Positions 25,864 through 33,896 of a stretch of DNA of 37,418 bases are shown piece by piece. Source of the DNA: Candidatus Scatosoma sp. GTDB lineage: Bacteria > Bacillota > Clostridia > Christensenellales > Borkfalkiaceae. Every line of letters starts with the position of its first letter. Position 1 is the stretch's first letter. A program made the translations under genes and the position numbers. The stretch spans positions 1 to 37,418 of the forward strand of contig JAZUQM010000051.1 of NCBI GenBank assembly GCA_045605705.1, written 5' to 3'. Under the pieces are notes generated by a model. It made no database searches. It was given only the letters and a program-made list of their open reading frames with translations, and was not told the origin of the DNA.

Positions 25864-26059
25864 GAAAGTGAAGTTTATCTTGGATAAGAGAAGTTGCGGC
25901 TATGCCGCAGTGAAGTTTTTTTGCCTCGTAAAAAGGTTATGGCTGTTATTAATATTTCCATAACTTGCCCCAAAGGGACAAACTTCACTTTCCGCAAAGC
26001 GGAAAACTTAACTTGCCGTTAAGCAAACTTATCTTTTGCCCAAAGGGCAAAAACTTCAC
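25864..26059. repeat. Hairpin-interleaved short-repeat array B (core GTGAAGTTT direct, then inverted)
   Basis: Direct cores lie at 25868-25876, 25888-25895 (GAGAAGTT) and 25910-25918. Inverted AAACTT cores lie at 25980-25988, 26004-26014, 26025-26033 and 26051-26059. Interleaved hairpins lie at 25875-25887, 25895-25909, 25936-25964, 25967-25979, 25991-26003, 26007-26023 and 26036-26050. A 13-nt perfect long-range complement joins 25864-25876 and 25980-25992. Confidence 0.7.
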
Positions 26060-26062
26060 GCT

Positions 26063-27418
26063 TTAATTCTTAAAGCTATGAATAGGGGCAGGAATAGTCC
26101 CCCCTCTATTGATAAGGCGCGAGCTGTCGCACTCGTTTACGGGCATAATAGGCGCACGCCCCAAAAGTCCGCCGAAGCTTACCTCGTCGCCGACCTTTTT
26201 ACCGGGTGCAGGGATAATACGCACAGCCGTCGTTTTGTTGTTAATCATACCGATTGCCGCCTCGTCCGCGATCATTGCCGCAATCGTAGTTGCAGGGGTA
26301 TCGCCGGGGATGGCAATCATATCCAAGCCCACGCTGCATACGCAGGTCATTGCCTCTAATTTATCGAGCGTGATTTTGCCTGCCTCCGCTGCCTTAATCA
26401 TGCCGATATCCTCGGATACGGGAATGAACGCGCCCGAAAGCCCGCCAACCCGCGAGGACGCCATAACGCCGCCCTTTTTCACCGCGTCGTTGAGCATAGC
26501 AAGCGCCGCCGTCGTACCGTGTCCGCCGACCGTTTCTATGCCGAGCTCTTCCAAGATTTGCGCAACCGAATCTCTTATAGCAGGTGTGGGCGCAAGGGAC
26601 AAATCGACAATACCGAACTGCGCGTTCAAGCGCTTTGCCGCCTCCTTGGCAACAAGCTGACCTGCGCGGGTAATTTTGAACGCCGTACGCTTAATCATTT
26701 CCGCAGCCTCGTCCAAGTTAGCGTCGGGAATTTGTTCAAGCGCGTGCTTGACAACGCCGGGGCCGGAAACGCCTACGTTGATTACGGTATCCGCCTCGCC
26801 TACGCCGTGGAATGCACCCGCCATGAACGGATTGTCCTCCACCGCATTACAAAAGGCAACCAGCTTCGCCGCGCCGATACCGTCTTTATCTTTCGTCAAA
26901 AACGCCGCCTCTTTGAAGACCTCGCCAAGCATTTTGACCGCTTCCATGTTGATACCCGATTTACTTGAACCTACGTTGACGGAAGAGCAAAGTCTATTCG
27001 TCGTAGCAAGTACTTCGGGAATGGTGCGAATGAACACGCGCTCGTAATCCGCCGTCGCTTTATGTACAAGCGCGGAATACCCGCCCAAAAAGTCGATACC
27101 GAGCGTTTCCGCCGCCCTATCCAGCGCCTTACCTACAAGCGGAGCTTTTTCAGGGAATGCCGCCGTAATCAAGCTGACAGGGGTAACCGAAACGCGCTTA
27201 TTGACGATGGGAATACCGTATTCCCCTGCCAAATCCGCAGCGGTTTTTACGATATTCTCCGCTTTTTTACAAACGAGGTCGTACACCTTTGCCGCCGTTT
27301 CCTCCGCTGTGTCGCGGATACAACCAAGCAAAGATATCCCCATGGTAATCGTGCGGATATCAAGGTGTTCCTTTTCCACCATTGCAATCGTTTCTAAAAC
27401 GTCTTTATTTGTGAACAT
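26063..27418 (-). CDS. UPF0210/DUF711 family protein (PFL-like)
   Basis: The N-terminus has [11 protein letters not shown]. At about 450 aa, it is paired with an upstream ACT-domain UPF0237 gene, which is the usual arrangement. Confidence 0.85.
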   Translation of the reverse strand: MFTNKDVLETIAMVEKEHLDIRTITMGISLLGCIRDTAEETAAKVYDLVCKKAENIVKTAADLAGEYGIPIVNKRVSVTPVSLITAAFPEKAPLVGKALDRAAETLGIDFLGGYSALVHKATADYERVFIRTIPEVLATTNRLCSSVNVGSSKSGINMEAVKMLGEVFKEAAFLTKDKDGIGAAKLVAFCNAVEDNPFMAGAFHGVGEADTVINVGVSGPGVVKHALEQIPDANLDEAAEMIKRTAFKITRAGQLVAKEAAKRLNAQFGIVDLSLAPTPAIRDSVAQILEELGIETVGGHGTTAALAMLNDAVKKGGVMASSRVGGLSGAFIPVSEDIGMIKAAEAGKITLDKLEAMTCVCSVGLDMIAIPGDTPATTIAAMIADEAAIGMINNKTTAVRIIPAPGKKVGDEVSFGGLLGRAPIMPVNECDSSRLINRGGTIPAPIHSFKN

Positions 27419-27428
27419 CTTGTACCTC

Positions 27429-27698
27429 TTAAATGCTATGCATGGCGCTGAACACGTCCTCGTGCTGCATGTAAATTGCCATGCCGATTTGCTTGCCCAT
27501 TTCTTGGCATTCTTTTGCTAAAACGGAAAGTTCCTCTTGGGTTTCACTCAAATCCACAATCATAATCATCGCGAAATATTCTCCCATAATCGTTTGCGAA
27601 ATATCCTCGATATTCGCGCCCTTGCTCGATAAAAACGCGCTGACCTTTGCGATAATGCCTTTATTGTCCTTACCCGTTACCGTAACGACTGCTTTCAT
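27429..27698 (-). CDS. ACT domain protein (UPF0237 family)
   Basis: [20 protein letters not shown]... I chose the start at M10, with a GGAGGAG SD overlapping the upstream stop. Confidence 0.85.
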   Translation of the reverse strand: MKAVVTVTGKDNKGIIAKVSAFLSSKGANIEDISQTIMGEYFAMIMIVDLSETQEELSVLAKECQEMGKQIGMAIYMQHEDVFSAMHSI

Positions 27699-27699
27699 A

Positions 27700-28254
27700 T
27701 TACTCCTCCTCTTCGACCTCTTCAAACTCGAGAGCCTGTTTTTCTAAAATTGTATATTGCAAAATCATGTTGCTTTGCGTAATATAGTGCACTAAATCCC
27801 CGCTTTCAAAGGGCGGGAGAGGTTTTTCCTCGTCCCAATACGCCTCACGCTCTAACCATTCCTGCTTTTTCTTGCTCCAGGTTTCAAACACACAACCTAA
27901 AACGTCTATATTATCCTTTTGCAGGGCTTTCCGCTCAAATTCGTAAAAATAGTTGCGTTCTTCGTTTTTCAATCCCTCCGAAAGGTAGGTAAGCATTTTG
28001 AAATATTTCTTACATCTCCCCCCCTTGATCGCCAAATAAGGAAAGGAAAACCCGATATATACCGCCGACCCAATCCATACGCAAAGCTTAGGTAAAATTT
28101 GCAAGGGGTGGGCGTAGGGCAGGGAGATATAATAGCAAAGCCAAGCGATACAATATACCGCATATACCGCCGTTATTCCCCAAAATACCCCGTAAATTTT
28201 ATTTTTTTGCTTATAAACCGCCAAATAATCAGCGTCGTTATAAACGTTTGTCAT
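27700..28254 (-). CDS. Membrane protein, unknown function (2-3 TM segments plus an acidic C-terminus)
   Basis: I chose the start at MTNVYN so the gene does not overlap degV. It has hydrophobic N-terminal segments and an EEVEEEE tail. Confidence 0.6.
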   Translation of the reverse strand: MTNVYNDADYLAVYKQKNKIYGVFWGITAVYAVYCIAWLCYYISLPYAHPLQILPKLCVWIGSAVYIGFSFPYLAIKGGRCKKYFKMLTYLSEGLKNEERNYFYEFERKALQKDNIDVLGCVFETWSKKKQEWLEREAYWDEEKPLPPFESGDLVHYITQSNMILQYTILEKQALEFEEVEEEE

Positions 28255-28268
28255 ATAACTCTCCGTGC

Positions 28269-29114
28269 TTATTTTTCGTATGCAAACAAGACGCCCAGCG
28301 TTCCCTTTCCGCAATGGCTGGTGATGATAGAGCCTGCCACCGTTTCAATAATTTCGTCAAAGTCAAACACCTCTTTCACCTGTGCCTTCGCCGCGTCCAC
28401 AAGCTCTTGATCGGCAGAAGAATGGGTGATAAAACAACGGCTCTTATCGTAGTTAGGATACATTTCCTTCAAATCGTTAACGTACTGCTTGATAAGGAAA
28501 GACATCTTCCCTTTGTATTTTTTACCGGGAACAAGCTGACCGTCTTCCATGTAGATAAGCGGGTGAATTTTGAACATCGCCGCCACCGTTTTCACCATAC
28601 CCGAAACACGACCGCCTTTATGTAAGTAGTCGAGATTGTCAGGTACGAACGAGGTATTAACGCGTTCTCTCAATTCTTCGATAGCCGCCACGATTTCCTC
28701 TGCGGTCTTACCCTCGTCGCGTAAATCGCAAGCCTTCAAAACCAGCAAGCCTTGCCCGGAAGAAAGCGCCTTACTATCGATAACGTGCACCTTCCCGCCA
28801 AAGCTCTCCGCCGCTTGCTTTGCAAAGTTATGCGAACCCGAGCTTTTCGCGGAAATATTGAAGTGGATAAGTTCGTCGCCAAACGCAAGCTGCTCTTTGA
28901 AAAAGTCTTCATAATCGCCGATGCTAGGCGCGCTGGTTTTGGGAAGCTCTTTAGTGCGTTCTACAAACGAGAAAATATCCTCGGGCGTAATATCCACGCC
29001 GTCGTGATAAGCGTTTGCCCCCAAATTTACCTGCAAGGATAAAATCCCTACCTTTCTTTCCTCAACCAAATGGTTCAAATCACAGGTGCTGTCCGAAGTA
29101 ATTCTAATTGCCAT
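28269..29114 (-). CDS. DegV family fatty-acid-binding protein
   Basis: The N-terminus is MAIRITSDSTCDL. At about 280 aa, it shows the typical DegV pattern. Confidence 0.88.
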   Translation of the reverse strand: MAIRITSDSTCDLNHLVEERKVGILSLQVNLGANAYHDGVDITPEDIFSFVERTKELPKTSAPSIGDYEDFFKEQLAFGDELIHFNISAKSSGSHNFAKQAAESFGGKVHVIDSKALSSGQGLLVLKACDLRDEGKTAEEIVAAIEELRERVNTSFVPDNLDYLHKGGRVSGMVKTVAAMFKIHPLIYMEDGQLVPGKKYKGKMSFLIKQYVNDLKEMYPNYDKSRCFITHSSADQELVDAAKAQVKEVFDFDEIIETVAGSIITSHCGKGTLGVLFAYEK

Positions 29115-29125
29115 AATGTTTCTCC

Positions 29126-29785
29126 TTATTTTCCAATGAAAAATATTCTTTCTAAAATATCTTTATATTCATAAGCCCAATCGGGCAAATATCCAACCAC
29201 GTCGCTTGATTTATACAAGCAATCCTTCAAATGCGAGCCGTTGGGATATTCGTGATAACGGCTGTCCTTGCTGTCGCAGCGGTTGTCGCCAAGAAAGAAA
29301 ATCTCCCCCTCGCCTACCGTGTACGTGTATCCGTTAAAGCTGTAACCGTCTTTATCACTGTAATACGCATAAGGCTCGTCCACCGGCTCAAATTCCTGCG
29401 TACCTTTATAGCAAATTTCAAGCCGTCCGTTTTCAAAGCGGACTTGATCTCCTTCTTTGGCGATCAAACGCTTAATCAATAGCCCGTCTTTGATGCCCTG
29501 GCATTCCTCATATCCGCTCACGTCTACCACGATAATCGTACCGTAGTCAAGGTCCTCTGCATTTTTTATCCGCCGAACCAAGAGCTTATCACCGTGCTCT
29601 AAGGTGTTGACCATGGACGAACCGTCCACCACTACGCCCCAAATATTCGCCGTCCACCATACCCGAAAAACGCAAAGCAATAGCGCAACGCAAAGTAAAA
29701 CGGTATAAAAAATAAAATTCGTCCGCCCTTCCTTATAGCCGTAGCGCGCCTCGTATAATTCGCTGTTTTTCAGGTTTTGTTCCAT
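29126..29785 (-). CDS. lepB: Signal peptidase I
   Basis: Motifs GSSM..TL, KRLIAKEGD and GDNRCDSKDSR, plus an N-terminal TM helix. I chose the start at MEQNLK; the ORF-track extension upstream is read from the junction element. Confidence 0.88.
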   Translation of the reverse strand: MEQNLKNSELYEARYGYKEGRTNFIFYTVLLCVALLLCVFRVWWTANIWGVVVDGSSMVNTLEHGDKLLVRRIKNAEDLDYGTIIVVDVSGYEECQGIKDGLLIKRLIAKEGDQVRFENGRLEICYKGTQEFEPVDEPYAYYSDKDGYSFNGYTYTVGEGEIFFLGDNRCDSKDSRYHEYPNGSHLKDCLYKSSDVVGYLPDWAYEYKDILERIFFIGK

Positions 29786-29797
29786 TGATTCCGTCCT

Positions 29798-29828
29798 TAA
29801 CCTTTCGAGTTTGACTCTCGTCAAGTTA
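29798..29828 (+). repeat. Junction palindrome element, copy 4
   Basis: TAACCTTTCGAGTTTGACTCTCGTCAAGTTA. Bases 29826-29828 are the stop codon (TAA) of the upstream hydrolase-like gene. Confidence 0.9.
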
Positions 29829-31526
29829 TAACCACAAGATATTGGTGATGGCAAATTCCTTTTCTTCTTCCGCGCAATCGAACACGAGCGCACTGCCGCT
29901 GAAGAAATTATCCAAAGGCGCGCCGTAGGTTTCCCCTTTGAAATCCGCCGCCTTTAAGATGACGCGCTTCCATTTCCCGCCGCCCTTGATTTCGACCTCG
30001 CAGGAATAACGCTCCTCTTCCGTTTCCACGTCCGCAACCTCAATCGTTACAAGCAAGGTTTGCGTTTCTTTAGAGTATGCGTCAAATTCCAAAAGTGCAT
30101 TTTCCTCGGGCACGTAGCGAGGAGAACTGATTTTATAGGTACGGATACCTCCCACCGAGTACGCGCCGTTCACGTCGCCGTAGCCCACGGACATCTTGGG
30201 TATCGCTTCCCTTTCCAAAAAAATCCCGCCGATGGAATAATCCTCGTATTCCGCCACACCGAAGCAGTCCATTTCTTTACCGGAAAAGAGTCTGCGGCTC
30301 TTTACCACCCCCGTTTCCGGCCGAGTCAAGCGCTTGGACGTGATTTTGGACATCACGCGGAATCCGTTAATATACTTGGCATATGCGTAAACGAACACGG
30401 CAGTCGCCCCCTCAAAGGGTTTAACGACGTGGCTAAGCGTACCGTTTTTCACCGTTCTGCCTTGTACCTTATGCACGCACCGCCATTCGCGATAGGTCGA
30501 ACGGGTCTTTACGTCCGCCTCCGCATAGAAGATACCTGCTTCCTCCAAGAGCCCTTCCTTATCGCATTCCACCACAACTTCTACCCCTCCGTCAGCGTCC
30601 TTCAACGCCACGTTAAGGGTGTCGGGAATATAAATTTCTCTTCCCTTCAAGTTCTTTTCCAAGAATAAATCCATATCCAACAACGCGTTCGGCCCGATAC
30701 AGCCTCCGCTGTCGGGAGAATATACAAGCGCGTTGCCGTCGTCGTTGCCGATTCTAGAATACGTGTCGTACGCCCTGTCGCAATCAAACCGCTTATCTCT
30801 AAGCGCACAAAGCATCAGCACGGGGCACTTAACGTAAGGCGCGTAGGATTGCGCCTCTACCGCCGCGATATAGCGGTGGCGGTTATCACTTAAATGGTGT
30901 GCGACGTTTGCGCCGAATTTCGCGATATTAAGGAAGGAATACCACCCCGCCGCATTGATGGGCACGCCGCATTTGATATCGGGCGAAAGCATGGTTTGCC
31001 ACGCAATTTCTCCGCCCGTGCGCACCCCCACCACGCCGATATTGCCGATATCAGGCAGGGACTTAAGGTATTTTACTGAATAGAGCGCAACGTACGTCCA
31101 TTCCACCCAGCAGGTTTTATCAGAGTCTACGTCCATAAGGGAATGTAGCCCCTCGGCTCTCTCATAGTTACCTTGCGAAAGCGATTCGGGATACACGGTA
31201 CGCATGACCGTACCGTCGTCCGTACTCATTTTTCCTGAATAATCGGGTACGAGCACGGCATAGCCTCTATCGACGAAATAGTCCATAAGCTCGGTATCAG
31301 GGGTTTTTCCCGCGTCAGGCAAAAGCAGTACGGCAGGCGTTTTTCCCGGTGTATTCGGGCGGGCAAAGCGCGCGTAAATGCGGACGCTGCCGTCCGTTCC
31401 CTCGTGCCCAGAATAAGAAACGTGGAGATAAGTTCTATCGCCCTTATCCTCCTCGCCCCAAACACTGGTACAAAGCGGCGTATTCAAATTGTATTTTTTC
31501 CAAAGGGAAATTGCGCTAACAATCAT
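29826..31526 (-). CDS. Alpha/beta-hydrolase-fold-like protein with an extra C-terminal domain, function unknown
   Basis: The region PAVLLLPD...YAVLVPDYSG...GVVGVRTGG...CPVLML resembles esterase/dienelactone-hydrolase folds. The start is uncertain. I prefer M50 (31526) because the longer ORF would run through the divergent promoter at 31599-31627. Confidence 0.6.
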   Translation of the reverse strand: MIVSAISLWKKYNLNTPLCTSVWGEEDKGDRTYLHVSYSGHEGTDGSVRIYARFARPNTPGKTPAVLLLPDAGKTPDTELMDYFVDRGYAVLVPDYSGKMSTDDGTVMRTVYPESLSQGNYERAEGLHSLMDVDSDKTCWVEWTYVALYSVKYLKSLPDIGNIGVVGVRTGGEIAWQTMLSPDIKCGVPINAAGWYSFLNIAKFGANVAHHLSDNRHRYIAAVEAQSYAPYVKCPVLMLCALRDKRFDCDRAYDTYSRIGNDDGNALVYSPDSGGCIGPNALLDMDLFLEKNLKGREIYIPDTLNVALKDADGGVEVVVECDKEGLLEEAGIFYAEADVKTRSTYREWRCVHKVQGRTVKNGTLSHVVKPFEGATAVFVYAYAKYINGFRVMSKITSKRLTRPETGVVKSRRLFSGKEMDCFGVAEYEDYSIGGIFLEREAIPKMSVGYGDVNGAYSVGGIRTYKISSPRYVPEENALLEFDAYSKETQTLLVTIEVADVETEEERYSCEVEIKGGGKWKRVILKAADFKGETYGAPLDNFFSGSALVFDCAEEEKEFAITNILWL

Positions 31527-31598
31527 AAAGTTCTTCCCGTCCGTTTTATTGCCTTTTACAAATTTTTTATTTTTATCGAGAAAAAACACCAAAACACC

Positions 31599-31627
31599 TT
31601 GCTTTTGTTTTTGAAAAAGGGTATAAT
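31599..31627 (+). promoter_or_regulatory. Sigma-70-type promoter for the DnaD-like gene
   Basis: TTGCTT, a 17-nt spacer, then TATAAT. Confidence 0.55.
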
Positions 31628-31744
31628 GGTCATACTCTCGCCAAAAGAGCAAATTATCTATTCTATTATACACTATTTATTGAAAGAAAGCAAGAAAGTT
31701 TTTAATAAAAGCGTAAATTTTTTACGAAAGGAAGGGTGTGTTTT

Positions 31745-33484
31745 ATGGCGTTTTGCAATTTTTCCAAGGAATACGACAGCGGACATACGATTATCGACAA
31801 CAAATTCATCACGAAATACCTTCCGGAAGCGGACGGCTTTGCCGTAAAGGTTTACCTTTACGGTTTGTATCTTTGCGAAAACCGCGAAACGGATTTTTCC
31901 GTAACCAACATGGCGGAAGCCTTAAAAACCACCGAAGAGGAGATTCGCCAGGCCTTTGCCTTTTGGGAAGATTACGACCTTGTAGAAATCCTCGCCAAGG
32001 AACCCCTCACCGTGCAATATTTGCCCGTGCGTTCGGCAGTCGGCAGACCCAAGAAAATCCGCTATGAACAGTACGCCGATTTCAATAAGGAATTACAAAG
32101 AAAAATGCAAAAGGTGGGCAAGTTCGTTTCCGCAGGCGACTACGTCAAATATATGCACTTCCTCGAAGAAAATACCCTGCAGCCGCAGGCGTTGCTCCTG
32201 ATTGTGGAATACTGCATCAATAAACAGGGGGAGGCGGTTTCCCCTTCGTATATCTTCAATAAGGCGAAAAAACTCATTCGTGCAGGGCTAGTTACCTACG
32301 AGCAGGTGGAAAAGGAGCTGTCTACCTATAACGCCCACGAGGGTGATTTACTCGCCGTATTCACGGCAATGTCCGCTTATCAGCGCACCCCCGACGAAAG
32401 CGATTACGCGCTGTATAAAAAATGGACGGAAAACCTCGGCTTTGCCAAGGACGGTGTACTTACCGCCGCGCGTAAATTAAAGCGCGGCACCATGAACGGT
32501 TTGGATCTAAGCCTTACCGAACTCGCGGAAAAAGGCAAACTTAGCGCAAAGGAAATCGAAAGCTATCTTAGCGATAGAGAGGTCTTGGCAAGCCTCACTT
32601 TCCGTTTAGGCAGAAAGTTGGGTGTGAAGATACAAAATCCTGCCCCCTATATCGACGAATACGTGGAAAAGTGGTATAATTACGGCTTTGAGGACAGTTC
32701 GCTTTTGGACCTCGCTCTGTTTTGCATGAAAACGGAACGCGGGGACTTCAATTCCTTAGACGGGCTTGTACAATCTCTCTTTGCGGACGGCGTAGTTTCC
32801 GCGGAAGGCGTCAAAGAATTTTTGAAAGGCAAAAACGCGGATTTGAAGCTGTTTACCAAGCTCCGCGAGGCATGCGGCGCTATTCGAAACAATGCCGCCA
32901 ACCTTTCTCTTATCGCCACGTGGCGGGAATGGAAGTTTAACGACGATATGATTATCGAGGCGGCGAAACGCAGCTCTACAAGCGCCAACCCCATTCCGTA
33001 TATGAACAAGATCCTCGCTGACTGGAAACGCGGGGGTGTGTACGAGGTGAAAGACATTCCCGACAATAAAACGACGGGGGCAGGTACGGGTTCAACGCAA
33101 AATTCGCGCGGATACACTAACCCCGCCATCGAGGCGCTCAACGCTAAGACGGATAGAGAAAGGTATTACGCATTACTTCGCGAAAAGGCGCTTACCCGCG
33201 CGGATAAATATTTAGCGAAAGCCAACAAAAACGCTCGTTTTAAGGAAATATCCACACAGCTTTCCAAGATGGAAATCGCGCTTGCAAAAGCAGAGGTATT
33301 CGAGCCGACTAAGCTCCCCTCCCTCACGGAAGAGAAAGCCGAGCTTTTAAAAGAACGGCGGAGCATTTTACAAACGCTTGGGATTGACGAGGAAGAATTG
33401 AAACCGCAGTTTACCTGCGCAAAATGTTCAGACACAGGCTTTTTACCCAGCGGGGTAGCCTGCAACTGTTATAAGGCAAATTAA
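31745..33484 (+). CDS. DnaD/DnaB(Firmicute)-type replication initiation protein with a C-terminal Cys4 module
   Basis: It has repeated DnaD-like (DnaB_2-type) segments, for example YI.KIL..W. The C-terminus is CAKCSDTGF...CNCY. The ATG is at 31745. Confidence 0.75.
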   Translation: MAFCNFSKEYDSGHTIIDNKFITKYLPEADGFAVKVYLYGLYLCENRETDFSVTNMAEALKTTEEEIRQAFAFWEDYDLVEILAKEPLTVQYLPVRSAVGRPKKIRYEQYADFNKELQRKMQKVGKFVSAGDYVKYMHFLEENTLQPQALLLIVEYCINKQGEAVSPSYIFNKAKKLIRAGLVTYEQVEKELSTYNAHEGDLLAVFTAMSAYQRTPDESDYALYKKWTENLGFAKDGVLTAARKLKRGTMNGLDLSLTELAEKGKLSAKEIESYLSDREVLASLTFRLGRKLGVKIQNPAPYIDEYVEKWYNYGFEDSSLLDLALFCMKTERGDFNSLDGLVQSLFADGVVSAEGVKEFLKGKNADLKLFTKLREACGAIRNNAANLSLIATWREWKFNDDMIIEAAKRSSTSANPIPYMNKILADWKRGGVYEVKDIPDNKTTGAGTGSTQNSRGYTNPAIEALNAKTDRERYYALLREKALTRADKYLAKANKNARFKEISTQLSKMEIALAKAEVFEPTKLPSLTEEKAELLKERRSILQTLGIDEEELKPQFTCAKCSDTGFLPSGVACNCYKAN

Positions 33485-33524
33485 AACTTTTTCAAAGATT
33501 TTTTTGAAAGTATAGCAAAAACGC

Positions 33525-33553
33525 TTGCATTTTTCAAAAAAATACAGTAATAT
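33525..33553 (+). promoter_or_regulatory. Candidate promoter for tRNA-Ser
   Basis: TTGCAT, a 17-nt spacer, then TAATAT, about 30 nt upstream of the tRNA. Confidence 0.5.
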
Positions 33554-33585
33554 AAATAGGCGCTTTCGTGAAAGCGCACTATTAT

Positions 33586-33676
33586 GCAGAGATGTCTGAG
33601 TGGTTTAAGGAGCACGATTGGAAATCGTGTGTGCGCCTGAAACGTACCGGAGGTTCGAATCCTCTTCTCTGCGCCA
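33586..33676 (+). tRNA. tRNA-Ser (anticodon GGA), class II, CCA encoded
   Basis: Acceptor GCAGAGA/TCTCTGC, D arm TCT-GAGTGGTTTAA-GGA, anticodon arm CACGA-TTGGAAA-TCGTG, a long variable arm, T arm GGAGG-TTCGAAT-CCTCT and G+CCA. It is collinear with E. coli tRNA-Ser GGA. Confidence 0.92.
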
Positions 33677-33680
33677 ACGA

Positions 33681-33708
33681 ATAGCACCCTTTTCGGGTGC
33701 TATTTTTT
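33681..33708 (+). terminator. Terminator after tRNA-Ser (module T1)
   Basis: ATAGCACCC-TTTTC-GGGTGCTAT followed by a T-run. Confidence 0.8.
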
Positions 33709-33838
33709 GTTGGTACAGAGAAGAGATTGAGTACTCTCTGCATACGCGGAGGTTCGCGCGAGCCACGAGAAAGTACGAATTTTATTTCTTCTCTTATCCC
33801 ATTCGAGTGGCGACGCTTTGTTGCATAGCAACAATTTT

Positions 33839-33854
33839 CCTCTTCTCTGCGCCA
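33839..33854 (+). repeat. 16-nt duplicate of the tRNA-Ser 3' end
   Basis: CCTCTTCTCTGCGCCA is identical to 33661-33676. Confidence 0.9.
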
Positions 33855-33884
33855 CAAAAAAAGGAAGGTTTATGCCTTCCTTTT
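33855..33884. terminator. Bidirectional terminator (serves the acyltransferase gene on the minus strand)
   Basis: An A-run, the hairpin AAGGAAGG-TTTATG-CCTTCCTT, then T-rich sequence. Confidence 0.7.
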
Positions 33885-33896
33885 CTATTTTTCAAA

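Noticed and set aside
23765-26062. Replication origin or DnaA-box cluster near dnaB, or iterons (arrays with about a 21-nt period)
   Set aside because: Neither core (GTGAAGTTT, GTATGGAAT) matches the DnaA box TTATCCACA. No dnaA/dnaN, AT-rich unwinding element or rep gene is present. The periodicity alone is insufficient.
29786-29893. N-terminal extensions offered by the ORF track (lepB to 29893, tilS to 15558, plsC-like to 34766, ACT protein to 27725, membrane protein to 28314, addB to 12460, GH43 to 17855)
   Set aside because: The extensions run through the junction element, promoters or upstream stop codons, and they lack SDs. Internal ATGs with good SDs and non-overlapping spacing fit better.
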